From: the human T2T-CHM13v2.0 reference genome, Homo sapiens
Direction: 5' to 3' (one strand)
Length of the DNA: 64,000 nt
Assembly (NCBI RefSeq): GCF_009914755.1
Contig: NC_060932.1
This document shows positions 15,461-27,529 of this stretch, in pieces. The position numbers and the translations under genes were made by a program. The notes under the pieces were generated by a model. The model was given only the letters and a program-made list of their open reading frames with translations, had not been told where the DNA came from and searched no databases. How positions within the stretch are numbered: the first letter of the stretch is position 1; each line of letters opens with the position of its first letter.

Positions 15461-16361
15461 CCATTCATCCCGGTGATTGATGCTCCTGGAAGCGCCTGGA
15501 AACTCTGCCTGTGAGCTAATTATTATGGGGAATGACCTGCGTCCTGGTCAGGAGTGAGTAGGGAGATCATTAGGTGAGAGCTGGCTATTCACAAGAGGGC
15601 AGCCTTTGATGCGAGCCGAGCAGAAAGTTTGGCCGAAACTCAACACCTCTTAGAAGTACAGATTAGTGGAGAGGAAGAAAGGAGAACGCATTGTGGAAGT
15701 TTTCAAGAAGGAGACAAAGATGCCTGTGTTTTGTATAGCTCAGCTGCCTCAGGAAAATGTCCATTTGTTTTCTTTACACTCCTTTTACATTTTAAGTGGA
15801 ATCTAGTGAATGTGTCTTTTCAGCGTTCCCAATTTCACCATTTTCACTACACCTCGTGTTGCCATTTTAATGAAGCATCATTTTTCCAGAGGGTGTGGGA
15901 ACAAAACCTATTTAATGACCTCTCTGAGCAAACACTGAGTTCTTCAAATATTTCCTTGAATTAAAATCCCCACCTCACAATTCACTTCCTTTTTTAAATG
16001 TCAGTTTGCCAACTGCTGCAAACCAATAAACAGGGCTTTCCTTTACCCGCAAGCCAGAGGGCTCCTGTGGAGCCTTATGGCCCGGGGGTGCCTGAGAAAC
16101 CCCTGCTCTCCGTGTCTGGCTGCTGCCCTCGGAGAGCTCAGTGGAGGCAGCAATCCCCCTGGAAGCACAATATGTGCCTTGCATCTCTGCAGCACACGTG
16201 TTTAGGGGACTCAGCCAAAACCTGGGAGGACCTGGGAGATTCTCTGGTCCAGCCCCTCACTCTACAGACAGGGAAACTGAGGCCAGCAAGGCGAGGCATG
16301 CACCAGCCACACAGGGCATCACCGGTAGAACAGGAAGGCCATAAAGAATAAGCAGGGTTGG

Positions 16362-16698
<337 letters not shown>

Positions 16699-16856
16699 TT
16701 AGGGCAGTTGTGCAAAATGCATATTATACCCTTCCCAAATCTACCGAATTGGAGCTTCTGGAGTGGGAACTGGGAATGTACATTTCAACTACATTCCACA
16801 TAGTGATAAACATTAACTTTTGGGAAGAACTACTAGTAGTAGAAAGAATAGGTTTG

Positions 16857-17165
16857 GGCCAGGTGCGGTGCCTCATGCCTGTAATCCCAGCACCGTTTAG
16901 GCAGAGGCCCAAGCAGGCAGGTCAACAGAGGCCAGGCATTGGAGACCAGCCTGGCCAACATGTGAAACCCCGTCTCTACTAAAAATACAATCATTAGCTG
17001 GGCATGGTGGCGCATGCCTGTAATCCCAGCTACTCAGGAGGCTGAGGTACGAGAATCTCTAGAACCTGGGAGGCAGAGCTTGCAGTGAGCCTAGACTGAG
17101 GCACTGCACTCCAGCCTGGGCGACAGAGTAAGACTCCATCTGAAAAAAAAAAAAAAGAAAAAAAA
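16857..17165 (+). mobile_element. AluS
   Basis: Dimeric Alu, A tail, TSD aataggtttg. Confidence 0.88.
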
Positions 17166-17169
17166 AATA

Positions 17170-17520
17170 GGTTTGAATCCCACCTCTGCTGCCTACCAAC
17201 TCACCTACTTTGGCAAGGTAATGTCTCTGAGCTCCATTTCCTCATCGGTCACTGGGGAGATTGCTGTGGAGACATCGTGAGATGGTGCATGTAGGCCCAC
17301 TCAGGTCCTGGGGCCTGGCACAAGGAAGCACTCTCTCAGTGTCACCTGTCCTCTAGAGGCAAGCACAACACACAATTTCTGGAGTCCCAGAGCCCCCACT
17401 TATAGACTGTATGAGCTTGGGCACATTATTTGTCTCTTTCAAGCCTCAGCTTCCTTATCCGTAAATGGAGATAATATTACCTCCTCCCAGGAATGCTGTG
17501 AAGGTAAAAAGTAATATCAA
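17170..17520 (+). mobile_element. MIR relics
   Basis: MIR core 'gcctcagcttccttatccgtaaatggagataata'. Confidence 0.6.
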
Positions 17521-20500
17521 GTTGTAGCGGCACAGTCTAGTCATGAAACGAAACCACTGTAGGTCTTTCAACAGACAGATTTCAAGGCAGGGATTTAGTT
17601 CCACAGGGGATAGAAGAGCTTTGCCAAACAGAACAGAGGCCATCTAGAGATAGGCTGCTGGAAGGACAAAGGAAGATGGCTGTTTTGTAGAGCCGGGGAG
17701 TCAAGCCAGGCACCCCAGTAGGTGCTGGAGCATGGTGGGGCAGGGGAGCTAATGCCACGGAGAATTAACTGCTGCTGGATGTGGAGATACCAGACAAGGA
17801 AGATGGGAAGGAGAGAAAGGCCCAGGCTTCTCTTTTCCCCCAACCCTGTAGTCTCCTACCAATGCCTCTCCTTGCCCAGAGGAGGTAGAAGTCAGAAGAT
17901 ACAGGAGCCTGGGCAGTGTATCCAGAGACACAGAGCAGAGAGAAAGGGCAGACATTGGGCCTGAGAGCAAACAAGCAAATGCCTAGCACACACACAGAAA
18001 AGCACTTACACATTCTCAATCACAGTGGGAGCATCCTGTTAGTGCTTGTCATTGTCACTGTTAACAAAATACAACAGCCTGAAGGAATAGGCTCTTAGCA
18101 AGAAAAGTGTGTCTGTGGGAAGCCTGCCTTTTATTAGTCACGCACAAGCATCATTTCTCCAGGAGTGGCCACCACATGGAGGGAAAGTCCTGAAATTAGA
18201 GTCCCAGATGTGCTTCTTATAAAGGGAACCTCTTTGTCTACGAAAACATGAGTTTCACATGCATCCTAAGGCTATAATAAGATCAGAGACATGAAAGTGT
18301 TTAAAAGTGCTATGCCGATACAGGGCATGCTTGTATTCTCCAAAGGGGGCATTTTCAAAAAAATCATTGTTTTATAAGTTCTTGATTACTTAACAGAGTT
18401 CTGATAACAAAAGTGTTATTGTTTGGGGATTATATTTGTTCACAGTAACTGCATTTTATATGTTTACAATGAAAATCATTTCACTTTTGCAATACTGGTT
18501 TCTTGTTTGCTAGCTCCCTGGTCTATTAGGTCATTGCACTAGGCAATGTGATATATTCTGAAATTTTCTGAAATTTTATTTACTATTTTTAATATACCAC
18601 TAAAATGTTTAATTTTCCCCCCAGAGTACTACATTATATGTTCAGGAATATTTTACTTTGTCGGTTTCAGCAAAGAGTGTTCCGGGATGTGGTCAAACAG
18701 CCAGTGCACGCCGAGTGTCAACAATCATGCAGCAGCTGGCAGAGCTTGTTCGGCATTGATGAGCCAGGTGTGCAGCCTGGAGCCAGGCCCACACGACAGG
18801 AGCAACCAGGGTGGCCCAAGAGGGAGACCAGGACAGACCAGGGATACAGTTGGGATGCAGCATTTTGGGGCTCAAGTAGCTCCACAGACAGGTCTGGGTC
18901 CTTTGCTTCAGCTCAGGAGGGTTCATGTGGGACTTTTGCAGGGGAAGAAGCAAGCCCCAAATTGGTGTGGTTTGACATTTGCCAAAAAAGAGAGGTGTAG
19001 TCCAAGCATCTTAAGATATTTATCTTAAGGAACATTCCCAAGAAGGGGCAAACAGGAGATGCCAGGAATTAAGGGTATTTGGACTTGGACACAGGGATGG
19101 AAACCCTTCGTTTTCCATGCACCATATGCAGAGAGCCAAAAGCGGTAGCATGGAGGGAACTCCCACCCAAGAACATGAAGAAAAGCTTGTCCTCAAAGAG
19201 CTAAATCAGCAAGTCTATATGTGATATCAGATAGGGGATCTATGATTCTAGTTCTTCATGGTCTGGTCTCACCAAGACTGTTGAAATGTGTTTGAAAACA
19301 CCCAAGATGCAGTAAAGGGGACCCAAGGATCACCACTGGAAAGGACTTAAATTGTGACTGCAATCAGGTAAGCAGGAACTTGGTCAACTCTGTTGAATTC
19401 TGTTAGGAGAAAAGTTGTTTGAACTTGAAAGCACAGGCAACCTCACACACAGAATACGTAAACTTGAAGACCCAGGCGGGCTAGTACCCACACAAACTCA
19501 ATGAAGGGAGGAGGCAGGGTGGCCTATAGAGCCTAGCACTATAATCAGTGGACATAAATATATATGGCCTCTGAAACACACTGATTTATTAACTAAATTA
19601 GACAACTCCTTCACTTTGCTCCAATTCTGTATTCATCAGGGAGCCTCCTGAGTATAATTTTGACTCCCCTAGGAAAGCTGCTGAGAGAGATAATAGGCTC
19701 ATCATATTGCCTGAAATATCTCAGTCAAAAGGATGCTCAAGGTTCTTATTGCAAAATGATACTGGTACTTTGATTTATACATCAGTCTCTTGTCATGTTG
19801 GTTAATGGGAGTTTGCCCCCAGAGAACCAGATTCACACCAAGTATCCTTAAAATTTATAACATTTGAAGCTGCAAAGCTGAAAAGCTGACCTGCTATAGT
19901 GTAGAATCTGCAGAAGGTAAATGCCAACTGACGAGCTATGTAAGCATTCACACAGCCAACCTCCCTTGATAACATCCCAACATTGCCACATGCCACGTTT
20001 TAAATTTAAACAAATAACAGTATAACAGTGTTGGGTGTGTATGTGCCAGTTCATTTCCAATGTTCCACACTGTAAAACAGCTTGAAGCCTATAAAACTGG
20101 AGATGTTATTGTCTTGGGCCAGATCTGTGCTGCAGGAAAGGATTCAGGGTCTTTGAACTATAAATAAATTCAGTTAACACTGGGCATTAAATTGTGAACT
20201 GCTACAGCATAGTTTAGATATGGTAAGTCACAGAGCAATCAGTACAGTTTTCTATGTAGCTCCAACTACATTTCCTTCAGAGCCTTTTAGACACTTCTGG
20301 GACTTTTATAGTTTCTTAACAATTTAAAACTTTTGTACCAAAAATCAAATAGTATTCTGGCCATTAAACAAATGACCCAAAATATGTGATAACATTTTAA
20401 AAATCAAGAAATAGGAGACATTATAACTAAAAAGACAAACAAATTTGACCCTATGAAAGTTTCAAATTTCTGTGAAGTTAACTATCAAAATTAAAATTTA

Positions 20501-20825
20501 AAAGGCAAACATATTGGAAATATATTTGCAGCAAATACAGCAATAAACAAGCAAAAATTTTATTGAAAACTATTTGAATTGCCTAATAAATAAATGAAAA
20601 TTAAAAAGAGAGAAATATTATTATATGCCTATTAAAAAGTAAGCAAATATACCTAACAAAAATTAAGAGATTAATATCCATTGCAAGCACAGTTGGGAAG
20701 AGTTAGATTCTTGCATGCAGCTGTTAGCAGCCCATATTTACATGATTCTTTCTATTATACATCAAGAGTAATGGAATCATTTACATTCTTTTACAACTAC
20801 TCTGACTTTAAGATATTTACGCTAA

Positions 20826-21145
<320 letters not shown>

Positions 21146-21180
21146 TGAACATACTTACTTTTTTTTTTTTTTTTTTTTTT

Positions 21181-21512
21181 TGCAGTTGCAAGATTTAATA
21201 AAATGAAAACAGAGCTCCCATACAATGGGAGGGGACCCAAAGGAGGTTGCCGCTCCCTGCTTGAATGCCTGGGTTTATATCCCGATCATTGTCCCTCCCC
21301 CTGTGCTCTCAGGCGATATATGATTTAACTATTTCTTTACCTCCTGCTTTTAGCCTTATTTGTATTTTAGTGAGCCCTCTTAACTACCTGATTGGTTGGG
21401 TGTGAGCTGAGTTATAAGCCCCGTGTTTAAAGGTAGGGGGTGTGGTCACCTTCCCCAGCTAGGCTTAGGAATTCTTAGTCAGCCTAGGAAATCCAGCTAG
21501 TCCTGTCTCTCA
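21181..21512 (-). promoter_or_regulatory. HERV-W 3' LTR, U3-R only
   Basis: Starts TGAGAGACAGGACTAGCTGGATTTCCTAGG after the PPT; CCAAT, TATAAA and ATTAAA signals; stops at 'tgcaactgca' then poly(A). Confidence 0.92.
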
Positions 21513-21569
21513 GTGCCCCCCTCAACAGGAAAACCCAAATGCTGTTCGGGAGGTTGGCCGATGACCGCT

Positions 21570-22036
21570 CTAACTGCTTCCTGCTGAATTGGGGCATAGT
21601 AGGGGCCGTGCAGTTGAGATTTCCTCGGGAGGGGTGCCTTCAATGTCATCAACATTGGAGAATGGGCTAGCAGGCTGGTCCAGGGGTCTGCGATAGATCT
21701 TAGTCATGTACTGCATCTGGGGCTCCATTTGAAGAACTGTTTGTAGGTTTATAGCTTCGATTCTTGAAGAGACAAACTTAACAAGGAGGTTAAAGATACA
21801 GGGATTGAAGAGTATGGCCTGAAGTGCAGGGGCATATGGGTGTGGGCGGTGAAATTGGGGTTTCCTTTAGAAAAACTCCTATATGATGGGGCATCAATAT
21901 TTCTGGGAAGCTGCATTCTCCATAGAAGCTCTTGGTAAGGGGAGCTGCTGGTAGTACAGCGGCATAGAGCGGGTGCAATGAGAGTGAAACAGGGTAAGAG
22001 AACAGTAAAAAGAAAAACATGACAAAGGAGGGCCAT
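21570..22036 (-). pseudogene. env: HERV-W env remnant: 95-aa signal-peptide ORF (21749-22036) plus an out-of-frame TM cytoplasmic tail
   Basis: MALLCHVFLFTVLLPCFTL...FTAHTHMP resembles the syncytin-1 N-terminus; other frame reads PCIFNLLVKFVSSRIEA...PNSAGSS. Confidence 0.92.
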
Positions 22037-22209
22037 GGGGATCTACGATTCTAGTTACTTTCTTCACAGTTGTCACTTGAAGAGCAGGTGCAGATCCTCT
22101 AGAGGTTCACAGGAATAGCTAGTGTTGTCTCCTGGATTTTCAGGTTCCTTTGGCAGTATCCAGGGTTTGACTCGAGTGTGATGTATCCAAGACTCCACTC
22201 CAGCCACTT

Positions 22210-24879
22210 TAACCACTAAGCTAAGTCCCGCTTTTTGGGGAGAGTTTCAGATTCTTAGTAAGGCTATAGGCAACAGAGCAGGCCATGTGAGGTGGGTTTC
22301 TTGGGTTAGCTTTTTTAGATGTCATTTGAGTGTTTCATTCATTTTCTCGACTTTTCCTGAGGATTGTGGCCTCCAGGTGCAGTGTAAGTGATATTGTATG
22401 CCTAACGCCTGGGATATTCCCTGGATTACTGCAGCCTTGAAAGCAAGGCCTTTGTCACTGTCACTCTGTAAGCCTTGGGGAAGTCCAAATCTGGGAATTA
22501 TTTCATGAATTAGTGCCTTTATTACCTCTTGGGCCTTTTCTGTCCTACAAGGGAAGGCCTCTGCCCAACCAGTGAAAGTATGTACCCAGACTAGTAGATA
22601 CTGAAATCCCTGAGATTTGCGCATGTGGGTAAAATCTAGTTGCCAGTCTTCTCCTGGGTAATGGCCTGTTCTTTGTTCTCCTGAAGGAGCTTGGTGATAA
22701 GGCAGGGGATTATTTCTTTGGCACATTTCACAGGCCCTTACTATCTGCTTGATAGTTTTGAAAAGGCCTGGTCCAGTAAATAATGATTTGGCCATCTGAT
22801 GGGTGCTATCAATGCCTAAGTGAAAGGTTTGGTGAAGGGTTTTAAGTAATTTCCATTGGTTAGCTGCAGGCAAAAGTATTTTTCCTTCTTCAGTGGCTAG
22901 CCATCCTGAGGGGAGGAAACTATGTCCTTGTAAGGTTCCTCATTCTATTTCTTCTGCTGAATACTGGGACTTGGTTTCCTGGAGGGGGTTACCCCATACT
23001 AGGGGTCCTTCTATAAGCATTTCTAATGGAGGGTCCCGCCTTGCGGCTCTTTTGGCTTCAATATCTGCTTGGCGGTTCCCTCCTATTTCCCTTTCCTTTC
23101 CTTTCTCATGACCCTGGCAGTGTAAGACTGCCACCTCTTTAGGTTTCTGTACAGCTAATAGTAATCTCCTAATGGCTTCCTGATGTTTGATAGGTGTTCC
23201 CTCGGAAGTTAGGAATTCCCTTTCTCTCCATATTGCTGCTTGGGCATGGAGGACTAGGTAAGCATACTTAGAGTCTGTATATATATTTACCCTTTTTCCT
23301 TCTCCTAATTCTAGTGCCTGAGTGAGGGCTATTAGTTCTGCCAGTTGAGCACTGGTTCCTGGAGTGAGGGGATTACTTTCAAGTATTCCATTGTCACTGA
23401 CCACTGCATACTCTGCCTTTCGAAGTCCTTTTTCTACAAAGGAACTTCCATCAGTATACAAGTTGAGGTAGGGATCAGTCAAGGGAACCTCTAGAAGGTC
23501 CCCTCGAGTAGCGTAGGTTTGAGCAATTACTTGTTGACAGTTACGTTCTGTCTTTTCTTCATTGTCTGGAAGAAATGTGACTGGGTTAAGAGTTGCACAG
23601 GTGTGCAGTCGCAGCACTGGTCCTTCAAGTAATAGAGCCTGATATTTAAGTAAATGGTTGTCTGACAGCCACAAGTCTCCTTTAGCAGTGAGTATGCCGT
23701 TCACATCATGAGATGTCCACACGATAAGATCTCTTCCCTGTATTATTTTAATGGCTTCAGATACTAAGACTGCTACTGCTGCCACTACCCATAAACAATG
23801 AGGCCAACTCTTTGCCACTACATCAATTTCCTTACTCAGATATGCCACAGGTTGCAAGCTGGTCCCTAGGACCTGTGTAAGGACTCCTAGAGCTATTCCT
23901 GTTTTTTCTGTGACATATAAAGAAAAGTCTTGCCCCATTGGCAAGCTTAACACTGGGGCTTGGGTTAGGCTCTTCTTTAGGGCCTGGAAAGCCGCTTCTG
24001 CTTCAGGTGTCCATTCTACTAAATGAGTATTGGCTTTCTGAGTTTTCTTAATTAGTGTGTATAATGGCTGGCTATTTCGCCATACCTGGGAATCCATATT
24101 CTGCAGAAACCTGTTGTGCCAAGGAACCCTATTAATTCCTTCAGGGTTTTGGGATGAGGATAAGCCAGTATAGGCTGGATACTTTCCTCACTGAGGGCCC
24201 TGGTGCCTTTGGGTAATTTTAGCCCTAAGTATTTAACCTGCTGTAAGCAGAGCTGAGCCTTTGGTTTGGAAACCTTGTAGCCACAGGTGGCGAGCGCTTG
24301 GGTGGCTTGATGGCACAAGGTTTCTGAACAGGCTGCTAGAAGTAAATCATCCACATACCAAAGGACACGAGTGTCCAAGTATGAGAACTGGCTCAAGTCT
24401 TGGGCTAATGCCTAGCCAAATAGATGGGGGCTATCCCTGAACCCCTGGGGTAAAACAGTCCAGGTAAGTTGAGACATTGGGTTCAAAGGATCTTCAAAGG
24501 CAAACAAGAATTGAGAGTCAGGATGTACAGGGATGCAGAAAAAGGCATTCTTAAGTTCCAAGACTGTAAACCACTCTGCTTCCTCTGGTATTTGGGAAAG
24601 CGGGGTATAAGGGTTAGGTAGAGCTGGGTGTAGAGGGACAACAGCCTCATTGATAATCCTGAGATCTTGCACCAGCCTCCACTGTCCATTAGGTTTCTGC
24701 ACTCCTAAAATTGGAGTATTGCAGGGGCTATTGCATGGTTTTACTAGGCCTTGGGCTTTTAGGTCCTTAACAATCTTCTGGAGTCCTTGTTGGGCCTCGG
24801 GTCTAAGGGGGTACTGCCTTTGGTAGGGAAAGGAGGTGAAATCCTTTAGTTTAACTTTAACAGGACAGGCATTCTTCAC
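22210..24879 (-). pseudogene. pol: HERV-W pol (RT, RNase H, integrase), disrupted
   Basis: LPQG and YVDD (RT); YTDGSS, AQLAELIAL, YTDSKY (RNase H); HHCC, WQLDFT, VEKMN (IN); internal stops, a frameshift near 24070 and an IN C-terminal deletion. Confidence 0.95.
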
Positions 24880-25293
24880 TCATCCATATTGTCCTTCTGT
24901 TGCCCAGACTTCAGGATTAATTCCTTCCTCAAGTAAGGAACAACGAACCTGTGTTCCTTCTCCTATGTTCAGGTGTATAATGGCCCCTGCTTTTGCTAGA
25001 ACGTCTCTCCCTAACAAAGGAGTGGGGCTTTCAGACATAATTAGAAAGGCATGTGAAAAGAGTAAAGTTCCCCAGTCACAACTTAGTGACTGGGAGAAGT
25101 ATCTAGTGACTGCCTGTCCTAGGACCCCTCGGATAGTGACAGATCTGGAGAACAGTTGTCCAGGACAAGAAGGTAAGACTGAGAAGGCTGCACCAGTGTC
25201 CAGGAGACAGTTAACCTCCTGGCCCTCAGTGGTCAAGCATACCCGGGGCTCCGTGAAGGTGATGGCATGGGCTGGCGCTTGCCCCAGGCACCC
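24880..25293 (-). pseudogene. pro: HERV-W protease
   Basis: LLDTGA active site and LLGRD motif, directly after the gag TGA. Confidence 0.92.
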
Positions 25294-26751
25294 TCAGTCC
25301 TGCTGCTGGATCATCTGGTTAGTGGCTTCTGACTCAGAGGACCTTCATCCCCTGGGGCAGTGGGCCTTCTAGTGATTCCCTTGACATAAGGGGCATGGAT
25401 GAGGGGGTGGCTTATTTCTACTCAGAAAATCTTTTTAAAAGTGTCCTTGTAGACCCACACTGGAAGCAAGCCCTATTAAGCATTAGATTTGCCCAGGCTT
25501 TCCCTTTTCCAGAGCCTCCAAAGTCCGCTTGACTGAGGGCCATGACTAAAGTGGTGGCCTTCTTTTTTTATCCCGTTTGTCCCGTTCGGCCTGTTCCTCC
25601 TGATCTCTATTATAAAAAACCGAGGTTGCCAAGTTCATTAGGGTTTCTAAGTTTTGCTCCAGGCCTAAGGCAGACTTTTGAAGTTTTTTCTAATGTCTGC
25701 AGCTGACTGAGTGATAAACTTATCCTTTAAGATTAGTTGGCCTTCAATAGAGTCAGGTGACAGAGAGGTATGCTTCCTCAATGCCTCCCTTATCTTTCCA
25801 GAAAGGCAGTAGGATTTTCTTCCTTTCCCTGTGTTATAGTGGACATTATTTAATAATTTATAGGCTTCTTCCTAGTTTTCCTTAGTCCTTTTAGCATGCA
25901 AGTTAGCAAATGTCTGCGGCACCAATCTCCATGTTCTGATTCTGTGTCCCAATGAGGGTGTACACCGGGAACTGCCTGCTGGCCTGTGGGGAATTATTCT
26001 GTTTCCTCTGTTGTCATCCTATCATTGACCTGACTGAGATACCAGAGATCGCTAAACTCACAGGGCTGCGGTTATGGCGGCACTTCTCTCATTTGGGGCT
26101 AGTGTCTGATTTAGCAGTAACATTATATCTCTCCACATCAGATCAAAGGATTGTCCTAACCCTTGTAAAACATCAATATAGCCATGAGTGTTATCTGAGA
26201 ATTTACCTAGGTCTATTTTAATTAGCTTCAAGTCTGAGAGGGAAAAAGGTACACACACTCTGGGCCGAAGTCTCCCCCTCCCATCACTTGGAGGGGGCAT
26301 AATCAGGGAATATTGGCATTCTTGGGTTCATTGTTTACCCCTTTGTCTATCTCTTTTTGGATCATTTGGGTTGAAGGGGGGTCCTTATTAGTTGGGGAAG
26401 GAGCCAGGGGAATGTTGGGGCAGGGAGGTAGACTCTGAGGGCTTCCTGTAGGGCATAAATTACACTTTTTTACATAATTGAGTTGTCTCTTAATGAAAAG
26501 AAAGTTGGTACATATGGCACTTCACTACATTTGCCCTCCTTTCTAGAAAAGAGGTCTAGCTGTAAGATGGTGTTATAATTTATACTTCCCTCAGGGGGCC
26601 AGTTTTCTCCTCCTTGAAGAGGATATTGTGGCCAGGCGGTACTGCAGAAGAATATAATCCGCTTCTTTCTTAGCATCTGAGGGTCAAATTGGTCCCAATT
26701 CTCCAGAATACATCTTAGGAGCTTTTTTGCCTTGGGGGAAATATTTCCCAT
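25294..26751 (-). pseudogene. gag: HERV-W gag, frameshifted
   Basis: MGNISPKAKKLLRCILENWDQFDPQ (MA), VPFSLSDLK (CA), CFQC knuckle, ends QQQD-TGA. Confidence 0.92.
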
Positions 26752-26763
26752 CACTTTGGAGAA

Positions 26764-26781
26764 TCCCTGTATGGGCCACCA
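26764..26781 (-). other. Primer-binding site complementary to tRNA-Ile(AAU)
   Basis: Minus strand TGGTGGCCCATACAGGGA vs recalled tRNA-Ile complement TGGTGGCCCGTACGGGGA: 16/18, both differences are CpG transitions. Confidence 0.8.
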
Positions 26782-26783
26782 AA

Positions 26784-27287
26784 TATTAACGGAGGGTCTT
26801 TGTTCTTAGAGCTCCCAAGATGGTTGTGGGCCACTCCCAAGATGGCAGCAAGCCTTTTGTTCTCTGACCTGGAGTTCTTGGCCTCATGGATTCCAAGGAA
26901 TGGAACCTTGGGCCATGCGATGAGGTTATAGCTCTATTAGAAGCTGTGGGTCACGGAAGAGAACTGTGGAACCCAGCAGCTAGTGTTCAGCTCGATTAGG
27001 ACAAACCCGGGCACTTAGCCATGCAGGAATAATGGCGAGCCTTTAGCCCATTGGGAGCAGCAATGGGCGCCTCATTGGATCAGGAGTGCAGTGGACACCC
27101 TGCCGGATCCCGAGGGGTGGAAGTCAGTGATGGGTCTGTGACAGCAGCAAACAGCAGTGGTGAACAGTGAGCGAAAGCTCAGCTTGAGCTGTAACAAACG
27201 CGGACCAGAAGAGTGTGCAGTTGCAAGATTTAATAGAGTGAAAACAGAGCTTCCATACAATGGGAGGGGACCCAAAGGGGGTTGCCC
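26784..27287 (-). repeat. HERV-W 5' LTR, R-U5 only
   Basis: Begins GGGCAACCCCCTTTGGGTCC, shares R with the 3' LTR, has no U3. Confidence 0.92.
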
Positions 27288-27529
27288 ACATACTTAAATT
27301 TTAAAAAGCTGTGTGCATTGACATGAACATTTTAGTATTACGCATAATAGAAAAAAATTAAAGACAACCCAAATTGCAACAATTATGAAACGATCAAGCC
27401 GATTATTCTACTAAGCCCAGCTTAGTAGAATGTAATGCAGTCATTTAAAATTATAATGCTTAGACATCTGTAACACTTTGGGAAAGTGTTTAGAATGCAC
27501 TAAACAAAAATCTAAGTACCTGCTTATAA

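Larger units (their letters stand above)
21159..27287 (-). mobile_element. HERV-W (HERV17/LTR17) processed pseudogene generated by L1 machinery
   Basis: Order R-U5, PBS, gag, pro, pol, deleted env, PPT, U3-R, poly(A) (23 T at 21159-21181); TSD acatactta at 21149-21157 and 27288-27296; env N-terminus close to syncytin-1. Confidence 0.95.

Noticed and set aside
18605-19028. 131-aa and 113-aa overlapping ORFs
   Set aside because: No recognisable protein in any frame; more likely non-coding
21749-22036. Syncytin-1 (ERVW-1) gene
   Set aside because: Most of env is deleted, the 12-nt tail segment is retained and the LTRs are truncated; this is a paralogous processed copy
22940-24097. 385-aa ORF as a functional gene
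   Set aside because: A stop-free piece of disrupted pol with a frameshifted start and no complete RT
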